From IMG/VR virus record IMGVR_UViG_3300023179_000021, positions 81,641 through 145,640 of that record: a stretch of DNA of 64,000 nt; one strand, written 5' to 3'. A model generated the notes under the pieces. That model did no database searches. It was not told the origin of the DNA and saw only the letters and a list, made by a program, of their open reading frames with translations. The position numbers and the translations under genes are program-made. The number at the start of each line of letters is the position of its first letter. Within the stretch, counting starts at the first letter, position 1. Below, in pieces: positions 18,463 to 28,442 of the stretch. The DNA is from a virus.

Positions 18463-18783
18463 ATGATACAAATTACCGAAAAAGCTTTTAAACAAATCCA
18501 TGAAATTATGATTGAAGAAGATACCAATGAGGCACTAAGAGTGTTTGTTCAAGGTGGTGGTTGTTCTGGTTTTCAATATGGGTTTACATTTGATGAAAAC
18601 CAAGCTGATGATGATTTTGTTATTGAACAGGATGGTGTTAGAGTTCTTGTTGATGCGGCTTCAATGACATATCTTAGTGGTGCAGAAATTGATTATAAGA
18701 AAGATTTAACTTCGGCACAATTCGTTATTAAAAACCCCAACGCAACTAATACTTGTGGTTGCGGTTCTTCTTTTGCAGCATAA
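18463..18783 (+). CDS. erpA: A-type Fe-S carrier ErpA/IscA
   Basis: [21 protein letters not shown] and CGCGSSF. Confidence 0.9.
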   Translation: MIQITEKAFKQIHEIMIEEDTNEALRVFVQGGGCSGFQYGFTFDENQADDDFVIEQDGVRVLVDAASMTYLSGAEIDYKKDLTSAQFVIKNPNATNTCGCGSSFAA

Positions 18784-18784
18784 T

Positions 18785-19174
18785 ATGGCATACTCAGAAA
18801 AAGTTTTAGATCATTATGAAAATCCTCGTAATGTGGGATCATTTGCTAAAGAAATAAAACGTATTGGCACAGGTATGGTTGGTGCTCCAGCCTGTGGTGA
18901 TGTGATGAAACTACAAATACAGGTAAATGATGATGGTATCATTACGGATGCTAAATTTAAAACATATGGATGTGGTTCAGCGATTGCGTCTAGTTCGCTC
19001 GTTACGGAATGGGTCAAAGGTAAAACTCTCGACGAGGCCTGCACTATTCGCAATACTCAAATTGCAGAAGAACTTGCGCTACCACCCGTTAAGATACACT
19101 GCTCCATATTGGCAGAGGATGCGATCAAAGCCGCAATAAAAGATTTTCGTGATAAACATGAAGGAACAACATGA
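18785..19174 (+). CDS. iscU: Fe-S scaffold IscU
   Basis: MAYSEKVLDHYENPRNVG, GAPACGD, GCGSAIAS, LPPVKIHC. Confidence 0.96.
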   Translation: MAYSEKVLDHYENPRNVGSFAKEIKRIGTGMVGAPACGDVMKLQIQVNDDGIITDAKFKTYGCGSAIASSSLVTEWVKGKTLDEACTIRNTQIAEELALPPVKIHCSILAEDAIKAAIKDFRDKHEGTT

Positions 19175-19824
19175 GTTTTTTAGTAGCCAATATTCCACCA
19201 GTCCATTGTTATATTCGCCGTGAATTTTTATATGATTTTGAAAAAGGATATGGTGAGTTTGAACCTTGTATTTGGGTAACCGTTAAATCGATCCGTGGCC
19301 AGGCATTTAGAATTGAATCATATTTACCTAATTATGGCGCACTTTATGATAAACTTCCAATAAATGCATTTGTATCGAGAACAGAAAAACTTGAGCCATA
19401 CTTAGAATTAGATACCCTACAAATTTGGGATTGTTTTTCAAATGAAATAACAGTGTTACAAAAATCATTTCTAAAAAATCTGTCATGTAAATTCTATGCT
19501 AAAGACAAGAATTTTTATAACGGCGATTACATGTTTACTGTTGATAATGGTTTTTCTGATCCAAATACTATCGACACAACTTATGCAGAATGGCCCGAAG
19601 ACCATAAATCATTTAATTTCATACAATTAGAAAACGGCCAGTATGCAGCACAGCCAAATAATCGTTGTATATTTTTAGATGCTGCATCAAATCCAAAACA
19701 ATTAAAATTTCCAGATTTCAAAGTATGCACTAAATTGTATCGTGTAGAAACTAACCCTAAATGGGCCCTTGGTGATGCTAATACGGTAATGTACGAAAAG
19801 GACGAAAATGTTAAAACAAGTTAA
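19171..19824 (+). CDS. conserved hypothetical protein
   Basis: ATGA overlap with iscU; GQYAAQPNNR motif. Confidence 0.65.
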   Translation: MSFLVANIPPVHCYIRREFLYDFEKGYGEFEPCIWVTVKSIRGQAFRIESYLPNYGALYDKLPINAFVSRTEKLEPYLELDTLQIWDCFSNEITVLQKSFLKNLSCKFYAKDKNFYNGDYMFTVDNGFSDPNTIDTTYAEWPEDHKSFNFIQLENGQYAAQPNNRCIFLDAASNPKQLKFPDFKVCTKLYRVETNPKWALGDANTVMYEKDENVKTS

Positions 19825-20095
19825 CGGCAAGTGGGCTCTGGTTTCTAGAAAAACACAGAGGCCATTGGCATATTACAAGGGCCAAGGTAAACCGCCCGAT
19901 ACTTGGGTGGCCAAACAAGAGCGCCGTATTCAATTTTTTAAACATGGGTTTGGTGAGGCTGTTACAAGTCCGGATATTTTACCTAAGTCTGGTGGTGGAA
20001 ACGATGGAACCACAGAACTGGTAAAGACATATATGAAAGATACACCAGGCCAGAACCTTAAGAAATTCAAAGCCTATATAAAAAGTAAATATTAA
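19808..20095 (+). CDS. small basic protein, possibly head-associated
   Basis: KQERRIQFFKH and GTTELVKTYMKDTPGQ modules. Confidence 0.55.
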   Translation: MLKQVNGKWALVSRKTQRPLAYYKGQGKPPDTWVAKQERRIQFFKHGFGEAVTSPDILPKSGGGNDGTTELVKTYMKDTPGQNLKKFKAYIKSKY

Positions 20096-20109
20096 TTTTT
20101 GGAGTTATT

Positions 20110-20982
20110 ATGAAAGACATTGTGATTGGATGCATCACCAACTATAATTTTGACAAAATAAAACACTGGGTCAATTCATTAGACCGAAGTGGTTTTGATG
20201 GTATTAAAGTTATGCTTTGTTACAGTATTGAATATGCTGTAGTTGAAGAATTAACAAAACGAAATTATACCATTTTTGCATTTGGTCAAAACAAAGAAAA
20301 TGGTAATTTATTTTACAAACATCCTAACGAACGGTCATTTAATATTTGTTTAGACCGGTTTGCACATATTCCATTTTTTCTCAATCGCCTTGAAAACAAA
20401 GATCAATATCGTTATGTTATTGCTACCGATGTAAGAGATGTAATATTTCAAAGTAACCCATCAGAGTGGCTTGAGAAAAATGTTGGCGATAAAAAAATTA
20501 ATGTGGCCTCTGAATCATTAACGTATGAAAATGAATCATGGGGTAAAAACAATATGAAATTATCTTTTGGTCCATTAATTTATGAACGAATGAAAAATAA
20601 ACTCATCTACAATGCTGGCACAATTTCTGGCGAATTTAATACAATGCTCGACCTAATGACAAATATTTTTCTTTCGTGTGGCGGAGCACCAGCACATGTA
20701 GCTGGCGGCGGTGGTCCCGATCAAGCAGCCTTAAATGTTCTACTTGACATGACACCGTATAAAGAAATCACCAATTTCGCAATGAGTGAAGATGGGTATG
20801 CTGCACAACTTGGTACAACAGGTTATCAGACGAAAGACAAATATGGCCAGCATTTAGTTGAAAAAGCACCAATAATGGTAAAAGATTTGGTGTGTACGAG
20901 CACAGGAAAACCATTTGCGCTTGTTCATCAATATGACCGAGTGCCCGAATGGAAAGAAATTATAGAGAGAAAATATGACTAA
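20110..20982 (+). CDS. GT-A glycosyltransferase-like protein
   Basis: ATDVRDVIFQ, YNAGT, PDQAALN, HQYDR. Confidence 0.7.
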   Translation: MKDIVIGCITNYNFDKIKHWVNSLDRSGFDGIKVMLCYSIEYAVVEELTKRNYTIFAFGQNKENGNLFYKHPNERSFNICLDRFAHIPFFLNRLENKDQYRYVIATDVRDVIFQSNPSEWLEKNVGDKKINVASESLTYENESWGKNNMKLSFGPLIYERMKNKLIYNAGTISGEFNTMLDLMTNIFLSCGGAPAHVAGGGGPDQAALNVLLDMTPYKEITNFAMSEDGYAAQLGTTGYQTKDKYGQHLVEKAPIMVKDLVCTSTGKPFALVHQYDRVPEWKEIIERKYD

Positions 20983-21706
20983 TTTGATATTTTGCCCTGT
21001 AGGCATACCACTTGAATTTCATCCGACCTATGATAAAGAAAATCATTGGCGATATACAAAACCAGAAAGAAATTATGAAGTGTTTGCCTACCAATATAAT
21101 GATTTTGAAATACCTCAAGGTACCTATGACTACAAAGGATGGGGTAAAGGGTGGAAATGGCAAATTGCAAGCCAGTTTTTAGAAATGTTAGATCACACGC
21201 AATACGAATACATCGGTTTCTGGGATGATGATTTAGTTACCGATATAAAAAGTATGAATCGAGCCTTAGAAATTGCAAAAGAAACCGGTATGAAATTGTT
21301 TCAGTTATCAACAGTTGCTGGCGCTGATTCTACACACCAAATTCTACATCAACAACCAAATGTCAAATATACAACGACAAATGTGCTTGAAGGTATGGGT
21401 CCATTTGTTCATTCATCATTAATACCGACACTTAAAAGTTTTTGGAAATACCATGAAGTTAAAAGTGGATGGGGTTTTGATTTAATTATGCCGAATATAC
21501 TTAAAACTAAAGCTGGTATCATACATGAAGTTTCGATGTATCATCCAGCAAAACCAAGTTACTATGATAAAAATGCAGCTTTCTCTGAAATGTATCAAAT
21601 ATACAATGAAATTTATCCGAAGTTTATGAAGGATACATATAATGAGGACTGTAAACCTTGGAATGAACCGCACCGTGAATATGAAGTAGTTTTTAAAGGA
21701 ATTTAA
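20975..21706 (+). CDS. DUF707-like glycosyltransferase-related protein
   Basis: YEYIGFWDDD and SGWGFD. Confidence 0.6.
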   Translation: MTNLIFCPVGIPLEFHPTYDKENHWRYTKPERNYEVFAYQYNDFEIPQGTYDYKGWGKGWKWQIASQFLEMLDHTQYEYIGFWDDDLVTDIKSMNRALEIAKETGMKLFQLSTVAGADSTHQILHQQPNVKYTTTNVLEGMGPFVHSSLIPTLKSFWKYHEVKSGWGFDLIMPNILKTKAGIIHEVSMYHPAKPSYYDKNAAFSEMYQIYNEIYPKFMKDTYNEDCKPWNEPHREYEVVFKGI

Positions 21707-22819
21707 ATGGAAGTTGTAAACATCAGTAAACTCAAAAAGAAAAAACAAAAACTCGTAGAAGAAAAAGTACAAGGCCGCACATACACTAGTAACCATGTAA
21801 AACTACTTAAGCATCTCGACCGTCTTAAAATAATCCAAGATGGTGGCCGACCAAAGCCTGTGATGTTTCACATGTCACCCTGCAATCCCTGTAATTTGAC
21901 TTGTTCTTTTTGTTGTTTTGCAAATCGTAATCTAAAAGAAATGCTTACACTAGCACAAATGAAAAAGGCTATCGACCAATTTGTAGAACTCGGTGTCAGT
22001 GGCATGGAATTGACCGGTGGTGGTGAACCTCTACTTCATCCAAAAATCAATGATGTAATTAAATATGCTCATTCAAAGGGCTTGAAAATTGGTATTGTAA
22101 CTAATGGATCAATTTTAAAACGTGTTAAAGTTTGGGACATGGTTTCTTGGGTTCGACTTGGTATGTATGGTTTCGATGAGGGTTATGATTATGACCTCTC
22201 GGTATTTGATGGTATTGATACAATTGAAATTTCGGCAGCTTATGTTTGGGATGGCGCACTTGAAACATCTACAAATCCAAATGTAACTGGTAATTGGACC
22301 AATCTAGAAAAGAAAATTCTCTCAAAGAATTTTTATAAAGAAGAAAACTTTTTTCGTATGCTAAAGTGGATTGAAGAGAAAAAAATTCCAACTCGTATTG
22401 CTTTTAATGCCATCAAAGATCCACAAGAAACGATGAAAGATATTGAAAAGATTCGTAGTCTTTTGGCGAAACATGAGGCAGAAAATGGTCCTCTAAAACA
22501 TGCCTTTTTATCTGATTTTAATTTCAAAGGTGTTCGTCGTAATGATAATTGTTATATGCACATGGTTAAACCTTGTGTTTTTACTGATGGTAATGTGTAT
22601 GTTTGTCCTTCGGCCGAACTTGCACCAGAGAATAATTATCATGTAAACGATAAATTCAAACTATGCGACATCGATGGCATTTTGGATTTTTATAATTCTC
22701 AAGTTGGTGGACCAGATGTTTCTCGTAGGCACCATGATTGTTCATTTTGTAAATATGCATATCAAAACGAATTAATTGATGATGTTGTTACTGAATTAAA
22801 ACACACAGAATTTGCTTAG
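21707..22819 (+). CDS. radical SAM enzyme with C-terminal Cys cluster (SPASM/Twitch-like)
   Basis: CNLTCSFC, TGGGEP, DGNVYVC, CSFC. Confidence 0.88.
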   Translation: MEVVNISKLKKKKQKLVEEKVQGRTYTSNHVKLLKHLDRLKIIQDGGRPKPVMFHMSPCNPCNLTCSFCCFANRNLKEMLTLAQMKKAIDQFVELGVSGMELTGGGEPLLHPKINDVIKYAHSKGLKIGIVTNGSILKRVKVWDMVSWVRLGMYGFDEGYDYDLSVFDGIDTIEISAAYVWDGALETSTNPNVTGNWTNLEKKILSKNFYKEENFFRMLKWIEEKKIPTRIAFNAIKDPQETMKDIEKIRSLLAKHEAENGPLKHAFLSDFNFKGVRRNDNCYMHMVKPCVFTDGNVYVCPSAELAPENNYHVNDKFKLCDIDGILDFYNSQVGGPDVSRRHHDCSFCKYAYQNELIDDVVTELKHTEFA

Positions 22820-22827
22820 GAATTATT

Positions 22828-23442
22828 ATGCGTGAACTATTTGATGAAAAATATTTTGAAGATGGTGTTCGTAATCGTGTAAGTGCTTATGAAAATTATC
22901 GATGGATGCCCGAAAGAACAATTCGTGAGGCCTCTTCAATCATTAATAATATATCATTTGAAAATGTATTAGATTATGGATGTGCCAAAGGTTTTATGGT
23001 TTATGCATTAAGGCTTTTAGGTAAACAAGCTCATGGTGTTGACATTTCTGATTATGCTATAAAAAATTGCCATCAAGCTGTGAAAAAATACGTTAGTGTA
23101 GTTGATGACATTGAACAAATTACTGGTGGTTGGGATTTAATTATTGCAAAAGATGTGCTTGAACACACCACGAAAGAAAATGTTCCATTGATTTTAGAAT
23201 CTTTTCGAACCAGAACAAAACAACTTTTTGTTGTTGTACCACTTGGTGATGGTAAAAGATTTCGTATTCGTGAGTATGAAATGGATGTAACTCATATCAT
23301 TCGTGAACCGGAAGAATGGTGGCTTACAACAATTGTAAATGCGGGCTTTAAAATTAAATTTTTTGATTATCAATTTTATCATGTTAAGGCCAATTGGACA
23401 AACACACATTTACATGGTAATGCATTTATCGTAGCTGAATAA
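22828..23442 (+). CDS. class I SAM-dependent methyltransferase
   Basis: VLDYGCAKG, GVDIS, KDVLEH. Confidence 0.85.
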   Translation: MRELFDEKYFEDGVRNRVSAYENYRWMPERTIREASSIINNISFENVLDYGCAKGFMVYALRLLGKQAHGVDISDYAIKNCHQAVKKYVSVVDDIEQITGGWDLIIAKDVLEHTTKENVPLILESFRTRTKQLFVVVPLGDGKRFRIREYEMDVTHIIREPEEWWLTTIVNAGFKIKFFDYQFYHVKANWTNTHLHGNAFIVAE

Positions 23443-23447
23443 TTTAA

Positions 23448-23993
23448 ATGAAACTTATATTATTCAGTGGTGGAGTTGAAAGCACTGCACTTTTAACTAT
23501 GTCTAAAAAAGAAGATTTAATTTTAATTTGTGAATGTCCTAGAGAAGATTATGTAAAAAATGATGTTAATTGGGATAATTGCAGAAAAATTGTTAATTAT
23601 TTTGGAAATGAATCAATAGAATTTAAATTTCCAACAACAATAAAAGGCACAAAATGGGTGCATCAAATTAATTGGTTCATTTTTATTAGCCACTTAATTG
23701 CAGAAAGTCGAGGAGATATTTCAGAAGTTTGGTGGGGTATGCATCATGATGAATCCCACAAAATAAAAACTCATACAATAGAAAGACGCCGCATACTTGA
23801 AAAATGTATGACAGCTTGGAGAGTTTTGCAACCAAAAATCAAATTTCAAATACCTTTAGAATTTATGCCAAAAAAACAACAATGGAATTTAATTCCTGAA
23901 GAAATTAAACCTTTAGTTAATAGTTGTTTATATGGAAATAAATGTGGGAATTGTAACAAATGTGCAGAAGTTAAAACATTAGTTGGAGTATAA
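23448..23993 (+). CDS. QueC-like PP-loop ATPase (short)
   Basis: LFSGGVES N-terminus; SC...CGNCNKC zinc site. Confidence 0.65.
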   Translation: MKLILFSGGVESTALLTMSKKEDLILICECPREDYVKNDVNWDNCRKIVNYFGNESIEFKFPTTIKGTKWVHQINWFIFISHLIAESRGDISEVWWGMHHDESHKIKTHTIERRRILEKCMTAWRVLQPKIKFQIPLEFMPKKQQWNLIPEEIKPLVNSCLYGNKCGNCNKCAEVKTLVGV

Positions 23994-23995
23994 AA

Positions 23996-24577
23996 ATGAT
24001 CCATTTTTATGAAAGAATACATGGTTTTTTTGATTATGAAAAACTTTATGATTTCATCGTCAAAAATGTGCCCGACAATCAAAAAGAAAAAATGGTTGAG
24101 GTTGGTGTATGGAAAGGGAAGTCTGTTTCATATATTGCCGTAGAAATTATTAAATCACAGAAAAATATGACAATAGATGCTGTAGATTCTTGGGAAACAG
24201 CTGAAGGTTGGACAAATGAGCAATATTTAATAGATATGGTAAAAAATGAAGATGTTTATGAACAGTTCGTTAATAATATAGAGCCAGTGAAACATATTGT
24301 AATGCCAATAAAAATGAAAAGTGTGGAAGCTTCAAAAACATATGAAGATAACAGTTTATTTTTTGTTTTTATAGATGGCAATCATACTTATGAATCAACC
24401 AAAGAAGATATTTTATCTTGGTTACCAAAAGTAAAAATTGGTGGTTATATTGGTGGCCATGATTTTGATAATGAAGAATGGCCTGGAGTTCGGCAAGCAG
24501 TGGAAGAAACAGTAGAAGTTAAAAATATTGGAATTTATACTGGCTGGACAAATAGTTGGTTATATCATAAAAAATAA
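23996..24577 (+). CDS. Methyltransf_24-like SAM methyltransferase
   Basis: VEVGVWKGKS, FIDGNHTY, GGYIGGHD. Confidence 0.85.
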   Translation: MIHFYERIHGFFDYEKLYDFIVKNVPDNQKEKMVEVGVWKGKSVSYIAVEIIKSQKNMTIDAVDSWETAEGWTNEQYLIDMVKNEDVYEQFVNNIEPVKHIVMPIKMKSVEASKTYEDNSLFFVFIDGNHTYESTKEDILSWLPKVKIGGYIGGHDFDNEEWPGVRQAVEETVEVKNIGIYTGWTNSWLYHKK

Positions 24578-24592
24578 TAATAGGAAATAATT

Positions 24593-25495
24593 ATGAAAAG
24601 TATTGTAACAGGTGGTTCTGGTTTTATTGGCTCACACATTGTTGATAAATTAATTGAACTTGGCCATGAAGTAATTGTAATTGACAACGAAAGTGCCATA
24701 GTTCATGATAATTTTTATTATAATGAAATGGCTCATTATCATAATGTAGATATTGCCGATTATACAGGCATTCGTTCACTGTTTGAAGGCGTTGATTATG
24801 TTTTTCATTTAGCCGCTGAATCTCGTATTCAGCCAACTATTGATAATCCGCTACTTTGTTTTAATACAAATATCTATGGCACTGGAGTTGTTTTGCAATG
24901 TGCTCGTGAAGCTAAATGTAAAAAATTTATATTTTCTTCAACATCTTCCGCCTACGGCTTAACAAATCAACCACCACTTGAAGAAACGATGCGAGAAGAT
25001 TGTTTAAACCCATATTCTGTTGCTAAAGTTGCTGGTGAGAAGATGTGCAAGATGTATAATGATTTGTTTGGTTTAAAAACAATTATTCTTCGCTATTTTA
25101 ATGTTTACGGTCCCAGAGAACCACTAAAAGGCCCATATGCACCAGTTGTTGGCCTTTTTCTTCGTCAAAAAAGAAACGGCGAAGCTTTAACAATTATTGG
25201 TGATGGTCTACAAAGTCGAGATTTTACACATGTTGATGATGTTGTTGAAGCTAATGTCCGTGCGATGAACTATGATGGCGTGTTTCATGGCAGTATTTTT
25301 AATGTGGGCACAGGCAGAAGTCATTCGGTTTTAAAATTGGCACAAATGATTTCTGACACCGTTCGTTTTATACCACAAAGACAAGGTGAAGCTCGTCAAA
25401 CATTGGCTAAAACAAATAAGATTTATACAGAATTTAATTGGAAACCAAACAAAACAATTGAAGATTATATTCGTGAACAATTAAATACTAAATAG
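24593..25495 (+). CDS. NAD-dependent nucleotide-sugar epimerase/dehydratase
   Basis: GGSGFIG, YSVAK, LRYFNVYG. Confidence 0.92.
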   Translation: MKSIVTGGSGFIGSHIVDKLIELGHEVIVIDNESAIVHDNFYYNEMAHYHNVDIADYTGIRSLFEGVDYVFHLAAESRIQPTIDNPLLCFNTNIYGTGVVLQCAREAKCKKFIFSSTSSAYGLTNQPPLEETMREDCLNPYSVAKVAGEKMCKMYNDLFGLKTIILRYFNVYGPREPLKGPYAPVVGLFLRQKRNGEALTIIGDGLQSRDFTHVDDVVEANVRAMNYDGVFHGSIFNVGTGRSHSVLKLAQMISDTVRFIPQRQGEARQTLAKTNKIYTEFNWKPNKTIEDYIREQLNTK

Positions 25496-25529
25496 AGAAT
25501 CAAATAACAATACTGCTGTAGAGGCGGAA

Positions 25530-28442
25530 ATGAGATTCCTAGAGTTCTTAATTGAACAAAAAGAAAAACATGCAGTTTTAGCTTTTGGTCGTATGAATCC
25601 AATTACGACGGGGCATGAAAAACTAGTTGAAGCTGTTAAATCCATAGCGAAAAAGTATGGTGCAACGCCATATATTGTAGTTTCACATTCGCAAGATTCA
25701 AAGAAAAACCCACTTTCGGCTCAACAAAAACTCCAGTACGCTAAAAAGTTCTTTCTTGGCGTAAACTTTTCAGCTTCAGATAAAGTGTCACCAAATATTT
25801 TTTCTCAAGCTTCAAAACTTTACAAAATGGGATATACTCATCTTCATGTTGTTGGTGGTTCTGATCGTGTCGATGAATATAAAAATATCATGAACAAATA
25901 TAATAATGTTAAAGGTTCTCATGGTTTTTATAATTTTAAAAACATTATGGTTCATTCAGCTGGTGAAAGAGATCCTGATGCGAAGGGCACTGAGGGCATG
26001 TCAGCATCAAAAATGCGTGAAGCTGCTAAAAACAATGATTTTAAAACATTTCGCAAAGGTGTTCCAAGTCATGCTACAGAATCGGATGCAAAAGGATTAT
26101 TTAATGATGTAAGACATGGAATGGGTCTTAAAGAGAGTATTGATTTTGATTTTGAAGAAATGTTTTTAGAGGGTGTCCATGATAAAAGTATTTTCAAGGC
26201 CGTTTTTCTTGCCGGTGGTCCAGGGTCTGGTAAAGATTATGTACTAGACAATACATTAAGTGGCCATGGGTTGACCGAGATTAATTCGGATAAAGCCTTT
26301 GAATATCTCATGGACAAAAAGAATTTAGATATGAAAATGCCCGAAAGTGAGAAAGAAGCTCGTGATGTTGTTCGTGGTAGAGCTAAATCTATGACTGAAC
26401 TACGCGAAAGATTAGCTCTTCTTGGTCGTAATGGTGTAATTATCAATGGCACTGGTGATGACCCAGAAAAAATCGCAAGAATTAAACAACGTCTTGAGCA
26501 AATTGGCTATGAAACAAGAATGATTATGGTAAATACTCGTGATGAAGTTTCGGCATCAAGAAATGTAGAAAGGGGGCAACGTGGTGGTCGTACAGTGCCA
26601 GAAAAGATTCGTAAACAAAAGTGGGATTCTGTGCAGGCTGCCAGGCCAGAACTCGCTAAACTTTTTGGTGATAATTATACTGAATTTGATAACTCGGAAG
26701 ATTTAAGAACAGCCAGACCCGAGATTGTACAACAAAAGAAACAAGAAATGTTGGATCTTTATAAAAGTGTACAAAAATTTGTAACAAAACCACCCAAAAA
26801 TGATGTGTCAAAAGAATGGATTGCAAGCGAATTACAGAAAGCCGATGTACAAAAAATTGATACGAAGAAAGAAGTAGCGCCACATGAAGGATCCAAAGCA
26901 GCAGAAGAGGCACGAAGAATGGGCCTTAAATATTATGGTTTTGGCCGATATGGAAAAGATGGTAAAGTAACTCATCGTGTTATACATGATAAATTGACCG
27001 ATGTAAGTAAATCTGCTCAACAAGAACCTGCTGCAAGAGAAGCTATAAGAACAATTGCAGCGGCTGGTTCAAGTGGTTCAAATATTACTCCAAGGCAAAA
27101 AGAAAAACTTAAAACACTTATGAGTAAATCGAAATTGCCAAAATTAAAAGAAGAAAATGAACCAAGAATACCTAAAAAACCTGGGCAACCAGATAAGTCG
27201 GATAAACATTCTGATTTATATACCGATGAAGAACCAAGAGGTACGATTCATGGGTTGAAATTTGCTACAAAAGAAGATGCTGAAGAAAGTGTAAGAAAAA
27301 TTAAATCAAGTGATCGTTCACATGCACATAAAATACAAGCAGCTGTTGCTATGGAGCAAAGAGCAAGAGTTATGGGTAAAGATTCTGCAGCTGCCGTTTA
27401 TCGAAAGTTTATAAATTCTATGAAAGAATCATTTGAAAATACTGATGAAGAATTCGAAAATTTATTTTCTGAAGATTTGCGTCAATGGTTTAACCCATCT
27501 CATCCAAAAGGTGGTTGGAAAAGAGTTAACAGTAAAGGTGAAGTTATTGGTCCTTGTGCTCGTGAACCTGGTGAGGGTAAACCAAAATGTTTATCTAATG
27601 AAAAAATTGGTAGTTTATCTAAAAAAGAACGTGCTGCGGCTTTTCGTGCAAAAAGAAAGTATGATCCAAATCCAGAACGCCAAGGTAAACCAATTAATGT
27701 ATCAAACTTTGGCAAAGGTAAATTATCAGAATCTTATGATTTGACAGATTCAAGCGCACTTAATATTTTACTCTTAGGTAATCGTATTGATGAAATTGAT
27801 TTAGACGATAACTATATACAGTTTGAAGAAAAAAAATATTTAAAAGATTCTAGCGGAAAAATTCGTGTGTTTATGTTACGAAGAGCCGCAACAAAAGAAG
27901 CACACACTAAAAACGGAACAGTCATACCATATAAAAATGGTTATATTGTCCAACTAAACGAGGAGACTTATCATGGGAATTCTACAATTCCTGAAAGACA
28001 TATTTTGGGTGAACAAATCGAACTCAGAGAAACCACATCCGCTGGACCCACTTACTTTACCGAAACAAGAGCCCGCCTTAGAGAGTACGCCGAGCTTACC
28101 ACAGGTCAAGAATATGCCAGAGGAGAAGGAATCACCAGTGCCGGAACAGAAGCGCCAGCCGCAGGCACAAAAATCACCCTCGCCAAAATCAGGCAACGGC
28201 AGAAGGAAGCCAAAGTCAAAGAATCTATCGACAAGGGCATAGAACCGGGTCTTTCAATGTCGGCTTCTGGTGAAAATGCTGGGCGACCATCTTTAAAAAC
28301 AAAACAAAATAAAAAACCTTTTGAAGAGGCAATTGGTGCTGGTGGTGAAGATGCAAATTCAATTGGTGCTAAAAAAGAAGATGAACTAAAAAAAGTGGGA
28401 ATTAGTTTAACAACATTCAAAGCAAAAAGGCCAATAGGATGA
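25530..28442 (+). CDS. multidomain protein: cytidylyltransferase-like, zeta-toxin-like P-loop kinase and small basic modules; putative head-packaged
   Basis: FGRMNPITTGH, VGGSDR, GMSASKMR; FLAGGPGSGK; N-terminus MRFLEFLIE; late-like ACTAAATA at 25487. Confidence 0.8.
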   Translation: MRFLEFLIEQKEKHAVLAFGRMNPITTGHEKLVEAVKSIAKKYGATPYIVVSHSQDSKKNPLSAQQKLQYAKKFFLGVNFSASDKVSPNIFSQASKLYKMGYTHLHVVGGSDRVDEYKNIMNKYNNVKGSHGFYNFKNIMVHSAGERDPDAKGTEGMSASKMREAAKNNDFKTFRKGVPSHATESDAKGLFNDVRHGMGLKESIDFDFEEMFLEGVHDKSIFKAVFLAGGPGSGKDYVLDNTLSGHGLTEINSDKAFEYLMDKKNLDMKMPESEKEARDVVRGRAKSMTELRERLALLGRNGVIINGTGDDPEKIARIKQRLEQIGYETRMIMVNTRDEVSASRNVERGQRGGRTVPEKIRKQKWDSVQAARPELAKLFGDNYTEFDNSEDLRTARPEIVQQKKQEMLDLYKSVQKFVTKPPKNDVSKEWIASELQKADVQKIDTKKEVAPHEGSKAAEEARRMGLKYYGFGRYGKDGKVTHRVIHDKLTDVSKSAQQEPAAREAIRTIAAAGSSGSNITPRQKEKLKTLMSKSKLPKLKEENEPRIPKKPGQPDKSDKHSDLYTDEEPRGTIHGLKFATKEDAEESVRKIKSSDRSHAHKIQAAVAMEQRARVMGKDSAAAVYRKFINSMKESFENTDEEFENLFSEDLRQWFNPSHPKGGWKRVNSKGEVIGPCAREPGEGKPKCLSNEKIGSLSKKERAAAFRAKRKYDPNPERQGKPINVSNFGKGKLSESYDLTDSSALNILLLGNRIDEIDLDDNYIQFEEKKYLKDSSGKIRVFMLRRAATKEAHTKNGTVIPYKNGYIVQLNEETYHGNSTIPERHILGEQIELRETTSAGPTYFTETRARLREYAELTTGQEYARGEGITSAGTEAPAAGTKITLAKIRQRQKEAKVKESIDKGIEPGLSMSASGENAGRPSLKTKQNKKPFEEAIGAGGEDANSIGAKKEDELKKVGISLTTFKAKRPIG
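27973..28242 (+). CDS. candidate nested out-of-frame gene (89 aa)
   Basis: GAGGAG SD 7 nt upstream; amphipathic MGILQFLKDIFW start; Pro/Lys-rich tail. Confidence 0.45.
   Translation: MGILQFLKDIFWVNKSNSEKPHPLDPLTLPKQEPALESTPSLPQVKNMPEEKESPVPEQKRQPQAQKSPSPKSGNGRRKPKSKNLSTRA

Noticed and set aside
21707-23993. 7-deazaguanine DNA modification pathway (QueC/QueE)
   Set aside because: Only a short QueC-like ORF with a non-canonical SGGVES; the radical SAM does not look like QueE; no folE, queD or dpdA in the window
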